A DNA stretch of 64,000 nt from Octopus vulgaris (Eukaryota): the NCBI GenBank assembly GCA_951406725.2, contig OX597838.1, positions 33,976,001 through 34,040,000 of the forward strand, in the 5' to 3' direction. Each line of letters starts with the position of its first letter. Within the stretch, counting starts at the first letter, position 1. A model generated the notes under the pieces. The model worked only from the letters and a program-made list of their open reading frames with translations. It had not been told where the DNA came from and ran no database searches. A program made the translations under genes and the position numbers. Positions 26,793 through 40,500 of the stretch are shown here, piece by piece.

Positions 26793-29700
26793 TATGACAG
26801 GCTTCTTTCAGTTTCCGTCTACCAAATCCACTCACAAGGCATTGGTCGGCCTGGGGCTATAGCAGAAGACACTTGCCCAAGATGCCACGCAGTGGGACTG
26901 AACCCGGAACCATGTGGTTGGTTAGCAAGCTACTTACCACACAGCCACTCCTGCGCCTATTGCCAAACTTCTCAACATTATACACCCGGGATATTTGTGT
27001 TTGTACCTCATCATCTTTAAGTCCCTTAGCATTTAAACCAACCATGTCCAGCCCAATTATTTTACCTGCTTTCTGTTCAAACTAGCCAGATCTGGCCTCT
27101 TACACCTACCCTACAGTGTCATTCTGAAACTAAACAATGACACCATTGAAATCTCAAAGCTATGAGATAATGCGTGATTAATTCAAAACAATGTGAATAA
27201 ATAAGCATAACATTTGACAGTGTAAGCCAAATGCTAAAGCGTAATGCCCATGTTCTACCCTGGCATGAGTTGGATGGTCTGAGAGGATTCAATGTGTCCA
27301 AAGACTGAATCCTGCTCCAGTGTTTGCTTTGGCATGATTTCGACAGCTGGATGCCCTTCCTCATGCTAAGCACCTTACAATATGTACGAACAGCTGTTTT
27401 TTTGTTTTTTTTGAGGCACCAGCACTAGTGAGGTTGCCATGTAACCTGCAAGACTATGGTCTCCTTCAACTGAGTGGAGCTGCTGTAGAGAGAGAGGCTG
27501 TTTTATGGTATGGGATGAGTGGTTAAAGTGAGAGAGAAGAGGACAGAACGGAACAGGTTTCTTGCTGTAGGGAAGCTCCACTGCTACTCACATTATAGAA
27601 AAGAACATGAGGATGGTCTAGGTTGAATTGGAGAGAGATAAAAACAGTGGTTATGGGGTGTCAGGGTACACCCTCTGCTATTTAGTGTGTTTGTTGCAGT
27701 TTTTCTCTTTCTCCCTGCTCAAACCCTGTGGAAAAAAAAAACTGATTGAGTCTCCAAACTGTTCTTTGAACTGTTAGAAATAGCTACCAAATCTCCCTCA
27801 AAATATATCTAAAGGAAAAGAGAGGTTTAGCTAATGTTATCTAAATAGATATCTCAAGGAAAAAAACTTAATCACAGCTGGAATATCTGTGGTCATAAAC
27901 CTACTCTATTAAGATCAGTCCTAAGTGTGTTCAATCAAGATTGAGCTGGGATTTATGCTACAACAACTGACACCACCACCCCTCTCCACACTCTGCTCTG
28001 TCTTAGGCCCTCTTCTTTCTCCCCTGTTCAAGGTTCAGAAATTTATTTATAAATGATTATTTTTTTAAAACTTAGAATTGAAAGATTTCCTGCAGCTCAT
28101 TTGCATATACAGTTAATCAGTTCGTTAAGTTCCGCATGGACTGAATGGTTCAGTATTTTTGAAATGTTGTGTAATTGTCTTGTGTGCTATTAAGTGAAAT
28201 TGGTTGTATTTAGTATGCAAATTAAATGTATCATCTAGTATGCAATTAAGTGAAATTGGCTCCATCTATTATGCAATTAAGTGAAATTGGTTATATCATT
28301 TAGTATGCAATTAACTGAAATTGGCTGTGTCCAGTATGCAATTAAGTGGAATTGGCTGTATCATCAAGTATGCAATTAAGTGAAATACACTTCACATAGT
28401 ATGCAATTAAGTGAAATTGGCTGCAGTAGTTTCTTGTAGAGATCCTTGTGGCAACAACATAAAAAGAAAGTCAATAAAATAATTGAAAACTAATGTTTTA
28501 ATCTCTCATCAAGCAATTGATCTGGTTTTTGTTTAGGAAAATCTCTTGCCCGCCTACCAAAGACTCTTTTGCAGAAGGCATGGGGCATGCCCAATCATCT
28601 GATCTCTGATTACATAGAGTTTGATGAAAATGCCTGTTGTATTGTCGGGGGTGATAAACCCCTTTCGGTAAGTCCATACTTAACCTTTTTTGCTCTTCTC
28701 TCTTTTATATTCCTCACTGTTCTGCTCAACTCTTTTCTCAACGAAATTCATTGTTCGGTTGCTAATCCTTTATCTGCAAAGATCCTTAAACTTGAAATTT
28801 TTAAAACTCCTTTTAACCCATCTGAAGCTGCTCCTGGTTCTATGATACAAACCGCCTGTTTTAAAATGACCCAAACCAAAACTTTCCATTAGAGCAGTAG
28901 TTCTCAACCATTTTTTGCCTATGGGTCCCTTTTTTACTTGAGAAGGAAAAAAATGTAAAAAAAAAATATATATATATAGGCGCAGGAGTGGCTGTGTGGT
29001 AAGTAGCTTGTTTACCAACCACATGGTTCCGGGTTCAGTCCCACTGTGTGGCACCTTGGGCAAGTGTCTTCTACTATAGCCTCGGGCCGACCAAAGCCTT
29101 GTGAGTGGATTTGGTGGACGGAAACTGAAAGAAGCCCGTTGTATATATGTATATATATATGCGTGTGTGTGTTTGTGTGTCTGTGTTTGTCCCCCTAGCA
29201 TTGCTTGACAACCGATGCTGGTGTGTTTATGTCCCCGTCACTTAGCGGTTCAGCAAAAGAGACCGATAGAATAAGTACTGGGCTTACAATGAATAAGTCC
29301 CGGGGTCAATTTGATCGACTAAAGGCGGTGCTCCAGCATGGCCGCAGTCAAATGACTGAAACAGGTAAAAGAGTAAAGAGTAAAAAGATATATATATACA
29401 TATATATATTGTCCACAAAATAAAAGCAAGTTGATGAGAGCACCTCCATCAGTGTTTTTCAACCATTTTTGCACCTGTGGACCCCTTCAATTCCTATTTT
29501 ACTCACGTAGACCCTCCTAGCCATTTGATGTTTAACCCTTTCGATACCAACCCGGCTGAAACCGCCTCTGGCTCTGTAGTACAAATGTCTTGTTTTCATA
29601 AGTTTCGAAATAAAATCTTCTACCAAACCTTAGTCACAATTTATGTTCCTAACACTAGCTGAATGATCACTAAGTTATTTTACTAAATTCTTTGTTATAT

Positions 29701-32700
29701 TTAAAATTAATTGAAAGAAAAACAGAGCATCTCGAAATAAACATGGTAAAGAAAGGGTTAAAAAATCATATTGTATTTTCACAGTATAATATTGGGTTGT
29801 CTGGAAAGTTCGTGCTGATTTTTAAAGGAAAGAAAAAGGTCAATAAATACTTGCCATTACATTTTTATCAACCAAATATGAACCATTTTGTTGCACAATG
29901 CGTCTCCATCTTTCCTTGAAAATACCCTCTTCGTAGAATTGGGGTGGTTTCATGGCAAAGAATTCATCAAAGTATCTTTTTACGTCATCCAAGGAATTCA
30001 AATTTTTACCATTAAGATTATTCTGCAGAGACCTGAATAAGTGGAAATCCGAAGGAGCAATATCAGGTGAATATGGAGGGTTGGGTAACACATCCCAGCC
30101 GAGCTGCAGCAATTTTTGTCTGGTTCCCAAAGCATCAAGTGCCGAAAATGAAGTTTCTTATCTTCCATTTTAAAGGGTTACAGAATTAACACAGGTTATA
30201 GGAACATAAACCTTCTTCCACAAAAGATAGCTTAAACTGTGCTCTAAATGGAGGTGTAGTGAAATCCTACTTTATGGACTCCACCATGTTCTAAAATAAG
30301 TCGAAAGGTGAGCTACTATAAATTGGCATGAACTTTCCGGGCAACCCAATATTAGGAATTGTATTTAAAAAATTGTTAAAATATTTTGTATATTGTAAAA
30401 GTTTAACCAATTTATTGCAAATATATTTTATCAACAAAATCTTGCATGGATCCCACAAGGGTTACATGGACCTCCCAGGGGCCATATGGACCTTGGTTAA
30501 GAACCATTGGTCAAGGACAGTGTTTCTCAACCATTTTTATCTATGGATCCTCCTTCCTTCTTTGGTCACTAAACTCTGCTTGTGAAGACCTGTTGAGGCA
30601 AGTGAAATCAAAATCAAATTCGATGACTGGCATCCATGCTAGCAGGGTGCAAAGAGCACCATACGAGTGTGATCATTGACAGAGCAGCTAACCGGCTTCC
30701 GTGCCAGTGGCACATAAAAGGTCACCATTCGAGTGTGTTTGTTACCAGCATCGCCTTACTGGCACCTGTGCCGGTGGCATGTGTAAAAAGATTCAAGCGA
30801 GGTCATTGCCAGTACTGTCCGTCTGGCCCCCGTGCCGGTGGCACGTAAAAGCACACACTACACTCTCGGAGTGGTTGGCATTAGGAAGGGCATCCAACTT
30901 TAGAAACTCTGCCAGATCAGATTGGAGCCAGGTGCAGCCATCTGGCTCGCCAGTCCTCAGTCAAATCGTCCAACCCATGCTAGCATGGAAAGCAGACGTT
31001 AAACGATGATGATGATGGATCCCTTTGTTCCCTGTTTTACTTAGATGGACCCTCATAGCCGATTCTTTTAATATAGTTTTATAATAAAATATTAAGAATT
31101 GCGTAAATACATCTGTTTGACAACTCAACACTGTCCATTGGACGGGGGGCGTTTTGCTCGTATGTATGTATATATATATATATATGTATATTATACAGAG
31201 AGAGAGAATGCATGTGTGTGTTTATGATAAAAGAACTCGGAAAGTTGGGTCTCCAACCAGGCCTTTCATTATACCCTTAAATCGAGGGACTTTTCAGCAC
31301 ACTCTCATATATTTCTCCTGTTTAATACCTTCACCTGGCCCTGCCTTTGGTTACCGTTTATTGAGCTCACTCCATTACAAGCATTCAGGTTAGGTTTTTA
31401 TTTTGGCCTGAGGATAAGTTTCTTATTTCTTTATTGCCCACAAGGGGCTACACACAGAGGGGACAAACAAGGACAGACAAACGGATTAAGTCGATTACAT
31501 CGATCCCAGTGTGTAACTGGTACTTATTTAATCGACCCCCGAAAGAATGAAAGGCAAAGTCGACCTCGGCGGAATTTGAACTCAGAACATAGCAGCAGAC
31601 GAAATACCTATTTCTTTATTACCCACAAGGGGCTAAACATAGAGGGGACAAACAAGGACAGACATAGGTATTAAATCGATTACATCGACCCCAGTGCGTA
31701 ACTGGTACTTAATTTATCGACCCCGAAAGGATGAAAGGCAAAGTCGAACTCAGAACGTAGCAGCAGATGAAATACTGCTAAGCATTTCACCCGGCATGCT
31801 AACGATTCTGCCAGCTCGCCACCTTTACAGAGCTCGCCTGCGGATAAGTGCCTTTCACCCATTAATCTCAAGGCCATCAGCACTTCCCTCTTCCTTCTCC
31901 TGATTAAACCATTAACAAACAAACACCTCTCTTTGGCCTCTACTATAACTGCTCTACTATTTTTTTCATTCACTCATTGACATAACACTTGACAGTGATA
32001 AAACATACAGTAAGCAAATAGTTTATCATTTTTTTCCAAATTTGCATTTTCACCTTTAACCTCTGCAGATAGCTTACTATATCTTATATATAGGCGCAGG
32101 AGTGGCTGTGTGGTAAGTAGCTTGCTTACCAACCACATTATCCCGAGTTCAGTCCCACTGTGTGGCACCTTAGGCAAGTGTCTTCTACTATAGCCTCGGG
32201 CTGACCAAAGCCTTGTGAGTGGATTTGGTAGACGGAAACTGAAAGAAGCCTGTCGTTTATATGTATATATATATATATATATCATCATCATCATCATCGT
32301 TTAACGTCCGTTTTCCGCGCTAGCACGGTTCGACCAGGGTCTGGGGAGCCAGGGGCTGCTCCAGGCTCCAGTCTGATCTGGCAGTGTTTCTACAGCTGGA
32401 TGCCCTTCCTAACGCCAACCACTCCGCGAGTGTAGTGGGTGCTTTTTACGTGCCACCTGCACAGGTGCCAGAGGGGTCTGGCATCGGCCACGATCGGTTG
32501 GTGCTTTTTATGTGCCACCGGCACAGAAGCCAGTCGAGGCGGTGCTGGCATCGGCCACGTTCGGATGGTGCTTTTTATGTGCCTTGTTTGTGTGTCATGT
32601 GTATATGTCTAGCATATTTCTGTTTTTCTTATAGTATTATGATTCCTAATCAGTGGACTGTGACTTTGTTTTATAGGAAAAATATATTCAACAATTAGTG

Positions 32701-35700
32701 ACGGCAATGAAGAAAGTGTATCAGGAGGTCCATAGTATTAACCCATGTTTGGTGGCAGATGTATTCCGGTTCATATTTAAAAAATCTGGTAAGTCCTCCT
32801 TACAAAATTCCAATCCCGACAGGATTGTCTCAAAGCAAATCTAATTCTTTCTATGTCAGCCAATTTCCATTCTTGTACATTTACTAATTCTCCTGTTGCC
32901 ACCTCTTCTGCAAACCATGTGGCAGTCTGTACTTTGCTGAAGAGGTCGAAACAAGGCTGTTACATGTCCTGAGTTGTCTCTCCTATTTACTGAGACTAAA
33001 CCAGCTAATACTGTTTTTATTTTACTTCTCTGTTATATAATTATTTCTGCTTTTTCTAATGCCGCAGAAGCAGGCATGGATGTGTGGTAAGAAGCTTGCT
33101 TCCCGACCACATGGTTCCGGGTTCAGTCCCACTGTATGGAACCTTGGGCAAGTCTCTTGAATTGTAGCCTTGGGCTGTCCAAAGCTTTGTGAGTGGATTT
33201 GGTAGATGGAAACTGAAAGAAGCCCATCGTGTGCGTATGTGTGTTTGCACATATGTTTGTGTGTCTTTGTGTCAGCATTTGTCTCCTACTACTGCTTGTC
33301 AACCAGTGTTGGTTTGTTTACATTTCCCATAACTTAGCGGTTCAGCAAAAGAAACTAATAGAGTAAGTACCAGGGTTAAAAAAAATTAAGAACTAGGATC
33401 GATTCGTTTGAGTATAAACTCAGCAAGGTGGTGCTCCAGCAGGGTCACAGTCCAGTGACTGACACAAATTGGAGATGAAAGATAAAAACATATTTGTTTG
33501 TTATTTCTTTATTGCCAACAAGGGGCTAAACATAGAGGGAACAAACAAGGACAGACAAAGGGATGAAGTTGATTACATCGACCCCAGTGCGTAACTGGTA
33601 CTTAATTTATGAACCCCGAAAGAATGAAAGGCAAAGTCAACCTCGGCAGAATTTGAACTCGGAACGTAACGGCAGACGAAATACCGCTAAGCATCCTGCC
33701 CAGCACGCTAGCGTGTCTGCCAGCTCTCCGCCTTCATATTTGTTTGTCCCAACAAATAATTAACGTAGTAAATCAACAGAGTTGTTAGAACATCGGATAA
33801 ACTTGCCTTGGGAGCTACTTATTTCAGTTCTCCATGCTCTGAGTTCAAATCCTGCTAAGGCCATCTTTACCTGCCATCTCCTGAAGGTTGATTAATAATG
33901 TAAGTCAAGTATTACAGATGGTTTCTTCTCTTGTTCTTTCTCTCTAGATTTTCGTGTCTGCTTAAGTTCACTGTCATCAATTACCCTTTTTTTTTTTCAA
34001 TAAAATAGTTTTTTAACCATTAATCTTACGTGCCACCGGCACTGGTATCAGATTACGATTATCAAATCAAAATCGTAATCTGATACCAGTACCGGTGGCA
34101 CGTAAGAGAACCATCCAAACGTGGCCGTAGCCAGCGCTGTCTCACTGGCCTCCGTGCCAGTGGCACGTAAAAAGCACCATCCGACCGTGGCCATTGCCAG
34201 CTCCGTCTGGTCCCCGTGCCGGTGGCACGTAAAAAGCACCATCCGATCGTGGCCGTTTGCCAGCCTCGTCTGGCACGTAAAAAGCACCCACTACACTCAC
34301 GGAGTGGTTGGCGTTAGGAAGGGCATCCAGCTGTAGAAACACTGCCAGATCAGACTGGGCCTGGTGCAGCCTTCGGGCTTCCCAGACCCCAGTTGAACTG
34401 TCCAACCCATGCCAGCATGGAAAGCGGATGTTAAATGATGATGATGATGAATGATGACATACTAGGGATATATTTTCTCGGCAAACTTTCCTCACCGTGA
34501 ACTTCCTTCATGGCGAATTGACGGCAGTGGACTTACCTGTAATCCTACATTCGGTACCTTTAGGGACCAAGAAAGGAACATTTTCATAGCAACCCCTACA
34601 AATCCTTTTTTTTTTTTTACCATTTTGTTATACAACTTTAGAAAGAATCTTATGATTAAACCTAATTATCTTTAAGTCTCTTTACATCATATGTACCAAT
34701 GCTACCTGCCGGACGAGATGGTGAAGATGCCGACGACCGCTCGGTTCAAAGTCTCCCTTGACCACAAGTGGCCTGAACTCTTTACATGAACACCACCCAA
34801 TACATAACCCCATGTCCCCCTACATGGCCTTGCTTTTTGCTTTTTGAGCCAAAAAATTAACTAACTAACTAACTAAATCCCTTTTTTTTACCATTTTGTT
34901 ATACAAGTTTAGAAAGAATCTTATGATTAAACCTAATTATCTTTAAGTCTCTTTACATCATATGTACCAATGCTACCTGCCGGACGAGATGGTGAAGATG
35001 CTGACGACCGCTTGGTTCAAAGTCTCCCTTGACCACAAGTGGCCTGAACTCTTTACATGAACACCACCCTGTACATAACTCCATGTCCCCCTACATGGCC
35101 TTGCTTTTTGCTTTTTGAACCAAAAAATTAACTAACTAACAAACAAACATAAGATTGTATTTAGTTAACCTACTTACCGCTCTCTACTTCAAGTATGTTG
35201 ACACTGCCTTCCTATATGTCTGTCTCACCACATAATATGTTAATAATTAACTTTTCTTAAAGCTCTCGGCACTCGTATATTAACCTTATCTTGACGTGTG
35301 TTTTAAGTATGTTTGTTGAAGTCTTCAGTCTCTGGTTTGGCTGTGGCTTCTTAGAGGAGGAGCAGAGAGTGACGGAGATTAGGTGGAAAGCAAGTATGTT
35401 TTGAAACTCAAGAAAATAATGGAAATGAATTGAGAAATAAGGAGCCACCCAATAGACACAAACAATAAAACAGACTAAGGGACATTTGACTTTGATCTCT
35501 CCTTGTCAATCTTGCTTCCATTTGCCAACAATAAACAAGTGACAATGATAAAAGATAGATTTGTGGACTAACATACAATGTATGACTGTAATAGTCTCCA
35601 AGATGAAAGTAAGGCTTTGCATGAAACCATTAAATGAAGGTTGGTCAGGGTGTGAAACCACGGACCGAAGTGAAGTCAATACAGGCACAACACTGACTTA

Positions 35701-37469
35701 ATTGTTTCATTTGACTGTGGTCATGCTGGGGCACTGCCCTGAAGGTTTTAGTCGAACAAATCAACAAACAACCCCAGGGCTTTTTTTAAACCTAGTACTT
35801 ATTCTGTAGTCTCTTTTAACAAACTGCTAATACCTATTTCTTTACTACCCACAAGGAGCTAAACACAGAGAGGACAAACAAGGACAGACAAACGGATTAA
35901 GTCGATTATATCGACCCCGGTGCGAAACTGGTACTTATTTAATCGACCCCGAAAGGATGAAAGGCAAAGTCCACCTTAGCGGAATTTGAACTCAGAACGT
36001 AACGGCAGACGAAATACCGCTAAGCATTTCTCCCAGCGTGCTAACTATTCTGCCAGCTCGCCGCCTTGCTAATACCTGTTGTCAAGCAGTGGTGGTGGTG
36101 GTGGTGGAGGCGACAGACATAGACTCAAAGACACACACATATACGATAGGCTTCTTTCAATTTCTGTCCACCAGATCCACTCACAAGGCTTTTGTCTGCT
36201 TGAGGCTATAGTAGAAGACACTTGCCCAAAGTGCCATGCAGTGGAACTGAACCTGGGACCATGTGGTTGGGAAGCAAGCTTCTTACCACACAGCCACACC
36301 CGTGCTTATTTGAGTAAATTTAATATTTGTTTCATTCAGAGTGTGTTGATTAAGGTAACCACCCCTGGTTCAGAAAAATCAGTAAATCCATGAATGCTTT
36401 GGGATCAAGGGTTCTGGAAAATCAATGTTGTCCATTGGATTCAAAGGAATCCTGTATCAATACATCAGATTCTCTTTAATTAGCCATTTCATTATATGTG
36501 AATTAATTTCTTGTTCACTTAATCACACACATCACTCTCCTTCAGTTTTTAGGCATCATCTCTCTACATTATCTGTCTGTCTGTCTATCCACTCACTTGC
36601 ACACTCAAAAAAAATTACTTTACATCAGAAGGCGCAGGAGTGGCTGTGTGATAAGTAGCTTGTTTACCAACCACATGGTTCCGGGTTCAGTCCCACTGCG
36701 TGGCACCTTGGGCAAGTGTCTTCTACTATAGCCCCGGGCCGACCAAAGCCTTGTGAGTGGATTTGGTAGACGGAAATTGAAAGAAGCCCGTTGTATATAT
36801 GTATATATATATATGCGTGTGTGTTTTTGTCCCCCTAGCATTGCGCATTGCTTGTCAACCGATGCTGGTGTGTTTATGTCCCCGTTACTTAGCGGTTCGG
36901 CAAAAGAGACCGATAGAATAAGTACTGGGGTTACAAAAGAATAAGTCCTGGGGTTGAGTTGCTCGATTAAAGGCGGTGCTCCAGCATGGCCGCAGTCAAA
37001 TGACTGAATCAAGTAAAAGGGTAAAAGAGAAGTAAATATGTTTATACAGACATGAATATTAACTCTGTACCATTCTCCATTCTGTATCGTTACTCCTATC
37101 AAATGTAAAGACTTTGTTGTTAGCTCCTCCATGCACAATATATCATATATATATATATATATATTATTTTATGTGCCCTTTTCGAGCCTAGCCAGGCTCA
37201 TGGGCCCGGTTTCCCAGTTTCTGTGGCGCATATGTTTCCCCCAGCTGGACGGGACGCCAGACCATCGCAGCGTTACTCAAGAAACAGGAGGAGAGAGTGA
37301 GAGAAAGTTGTGGTGAAAGAGTACAACAGGGGTTGCCACCACCCCCTGCCTTGTGGAGCTTTAGGTATTTTCGCTCAATAAACACACAATGCCCAGTCTG
37401 GAAATCAAAACCGCGATCCTCCGACTACGAGACCGCTGCCCTGACAATTGGGCCATTGCGCCTCCACTA

Positions 37470-37524
<55 letters not shown>

Positions 37525-40500
37525 TTTATTTATTTTCTGTTGATCTATTATAGGTGTTGTGGGTGTCAAGCCAGATACGGTTATCCAGACAGCTAAAATA
37601 CTAATCCGAGATCGTCATCTCTATCGGTGTATCAACTGTGAAGCTTTGTGTGAATTCCATACAGTGAAAAAGTCATTAGGTGATTTGAGCCATTCCTCTG
37701 AATCAGCTAGAAGCAACCAGCAATTCCCGTTCCATGATGAAAGAAAAGGTATGTATTGTGATAGAAATGTTTTTAAGACTATACATAGTGCTGCAAGTCT
37801 TGTGGCTTACCAAGCTGAACAGTTTTACAATTAAATAGGGTAGACAGTGATAAAATAATAAAAATGGTATTGTTATATTTTGGGATGGTCATTTTTTTTT
37901 TCTTGTCAAATAAACACATATATGGCACCATTCGAGCATGATCATTACCAGCATCGCCTTACTGGCACTCGAGCACCGTGCTAGTAGGGTGCCAAGAGCA
38001 CCATCCGAGCGTGATCGTTGCCAGAGCGGTTAACTGGCCTCTGTGCCGGTGGCATGTGAAAGACTCCATTCGAGCGGGATCGTTACAAACATCACCTTAC
38101 TGGCACCTGTGCCATTGGCATGTGTAAAAAGATTCGAGTGAGGTTGTTGCCTGTACCGCCTGACTGGCACGTAAAAGCACCCACTACACTCTCGGAGTGG
38201 TTGGCGTTAGGAAGGGCATCCAGCTGTGGAAACTCTGCCAGATCAAGATTGAAGCCTGGTGCAGCCATCTGGTTCGCCAGACCTCAGTCAAATCGTCCAA
38301 TCCATGCTAGCATTTCTGCGGCATGCTAACGTTTCTGCCAGCTTGCCATCCTGATCTTTCATACCTACCCTGCAAAGTTACTCTAAAAATAAACAATCAC
38401 TTCATTGAAATCTCAAAGCTGCGAGAAAATGTATTCAAAGCAATGTGAATAAAGAAGTATTACATTTGACAGAGCAATCTGAAGGCTCTCTGCATTCAGT
38501 TTGTTCACAGTAACCTAGCTATTTATTTGTCTGTCTCATTACAGATTTATTCCTGGGTTCTGATGTTCTATTATTACATAACTTGCCTTTCTATTTGTCT
38601 GTCTGACTCATCACGTTTATTAGCTTTTTATTGCTTCCTCAATTTTATGTATTTAAAGTAACTCACCCGTAGCTTTAATCTTAAGTAGTGTCAACCTGAC
38701 TGCAATTGTAGCTGAGAGTTGTGAAATAGGGTGGAGTTTAATGTCATATCATCATCATCATCATCATTTAACGTCCGCTTTCCATGCTAGCATGGGTTGG
38801 ACGAATCAACTGAGAACTGGCTAACCAGATGGCTGCACCAGACTCCAATCTGATCTGGCAGAGTTTCTACAGCTGGATGCCCTTCCTAACGCCAACCACT
38901 CCGAGAGTGTAGTGGCTGCTTTTACATACCACCGGCACGAGGGCCATTTTGGTGGTACTGGCAATGGCCACGCCCAAATGGTGCTTTTTACATGCCACCT
39001 GCACAGGAGCCACTCCAGTGGCACTGGCAACGACCTCGCTTGAATGTTTCACATGCTACCAGCACAAGTGCTAGTAAGGCGACGCGGTGGCGATCACGCT
39101 TGAATGGTGTCCTTAACATGCCCTAGGAATAAGTGAGTCAGTGTGTGTGTGTGTGTGTGTGTGTGGGTGTGTGTGTGCGTGTGCGTGTGTTGGTGTATGC
39201 TAGTGACTGTTTCCATCATATCTTCATATTGATGCTGTTTTAGTAAAAACAGTAACACTTGTTTGTGTCTTCTGTAAGTTTCGGCCCCAGTTGAGAACCA
39301 GTGTATTGTGCCAACCAAAACCTTATGAGCTGATTTGGTCTACAGAAGCTGAAAAGAAGGAAAGAAACTCGCCATGTGTACACACACACACACACACACA
39401 AGCACATGTATATAGGCGCAGGCATCGCTGTGTGGTAAGAAGCTTGCTTCCCAACCACTTGGTTCTGGGTTCAGTCCCACTGTGTGGCACCTCGGGCAAC
39501 TGTCTTCTACTATAGCCTTGGGCAGACCAAAGCCTTGTGCCTGGATTTGGTAGATGGAAACTGAAAGAAGCCTGTCGTATACGTACGTATGTACATACAT
39601 ACATACATATGCGATGGGTTTCTTTATAAATATATGCGTGTCTGTGTTTATCCCTCCCCCACCGCATGACAATCAACGTTGGTGTGTTTACATCCCTGTA
39701 ACTTAGTGGTTCAGCAAAAGATATCAACAGAATAAGTCCTGGGGTCGATTTCTTCCACTAAAACCCTTTAAGGTAGTGCTCCAGCCTGGTCACAGTCAAA
39801 TGACTGAAACAAGTAAAAGAATATATATCATCATCATCGTTTAACGTCCACTTTCCATGCTGGCATTGATTGGATGGTTTGACTGGGGACTGGCAAACCA
39901 GATGGCTGCACCAGGCTCCAATCTTGATCTGGCAGAGTTTCTACAGCTGGATGCCCTTCCTAACATCAACCACTCTGAAAATGTAGTGGGTGCTTTTATG
40001 TGCCACCGGCACGGGGGCAAGTCAGGTGGTTCTGGCAACGGCCACGCTCAAATAGTGTTTTTTACATGCCACCTGCATAGTAGCCAGTCCAGCGGCACTG
40101 GTAACAACCTCGCTTGAATATTTTTTCACATGCCACCAGCACAAGTGCCAGTAAGGCAACGCTGGTAACGATCACACTCAAACGGTGCTTTTTATATGCC
40201 ACCGTCACAGAAGCCAGTCAGCTGCTCTGGCAATGATCATACTCAGATGGTGCTCTTATCGCTCCACTAGCATGGATGCCTGTCATCGAATTTGATTTCG
40301 ATTTCACTTGCCTCAAAAGGTCTTTGCAAGCAGAGTTTAGTGTCCAATGAAGGAAAGGTACGCATAAGTGGGCCGGGGGTATTAACTTTGTAGTTTACTT
40401 TAGAAAGCCAATCCATGGGTGTCGGCTAGCAGATAGAACTTTTTCAGCGATTTTACACAAATTTTCATTTTGTGTGTGTGAGAGAGAGAGAAAGAGACTG

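Noticed and set aside
28189-28426. CRISPR-like repeat/spacer appearance (also the RTE 3' UTR modules)
   Set aside because: Eukaryotic intron with no cas genes. The spacers are short and related to each other, so these are tandem repeats.
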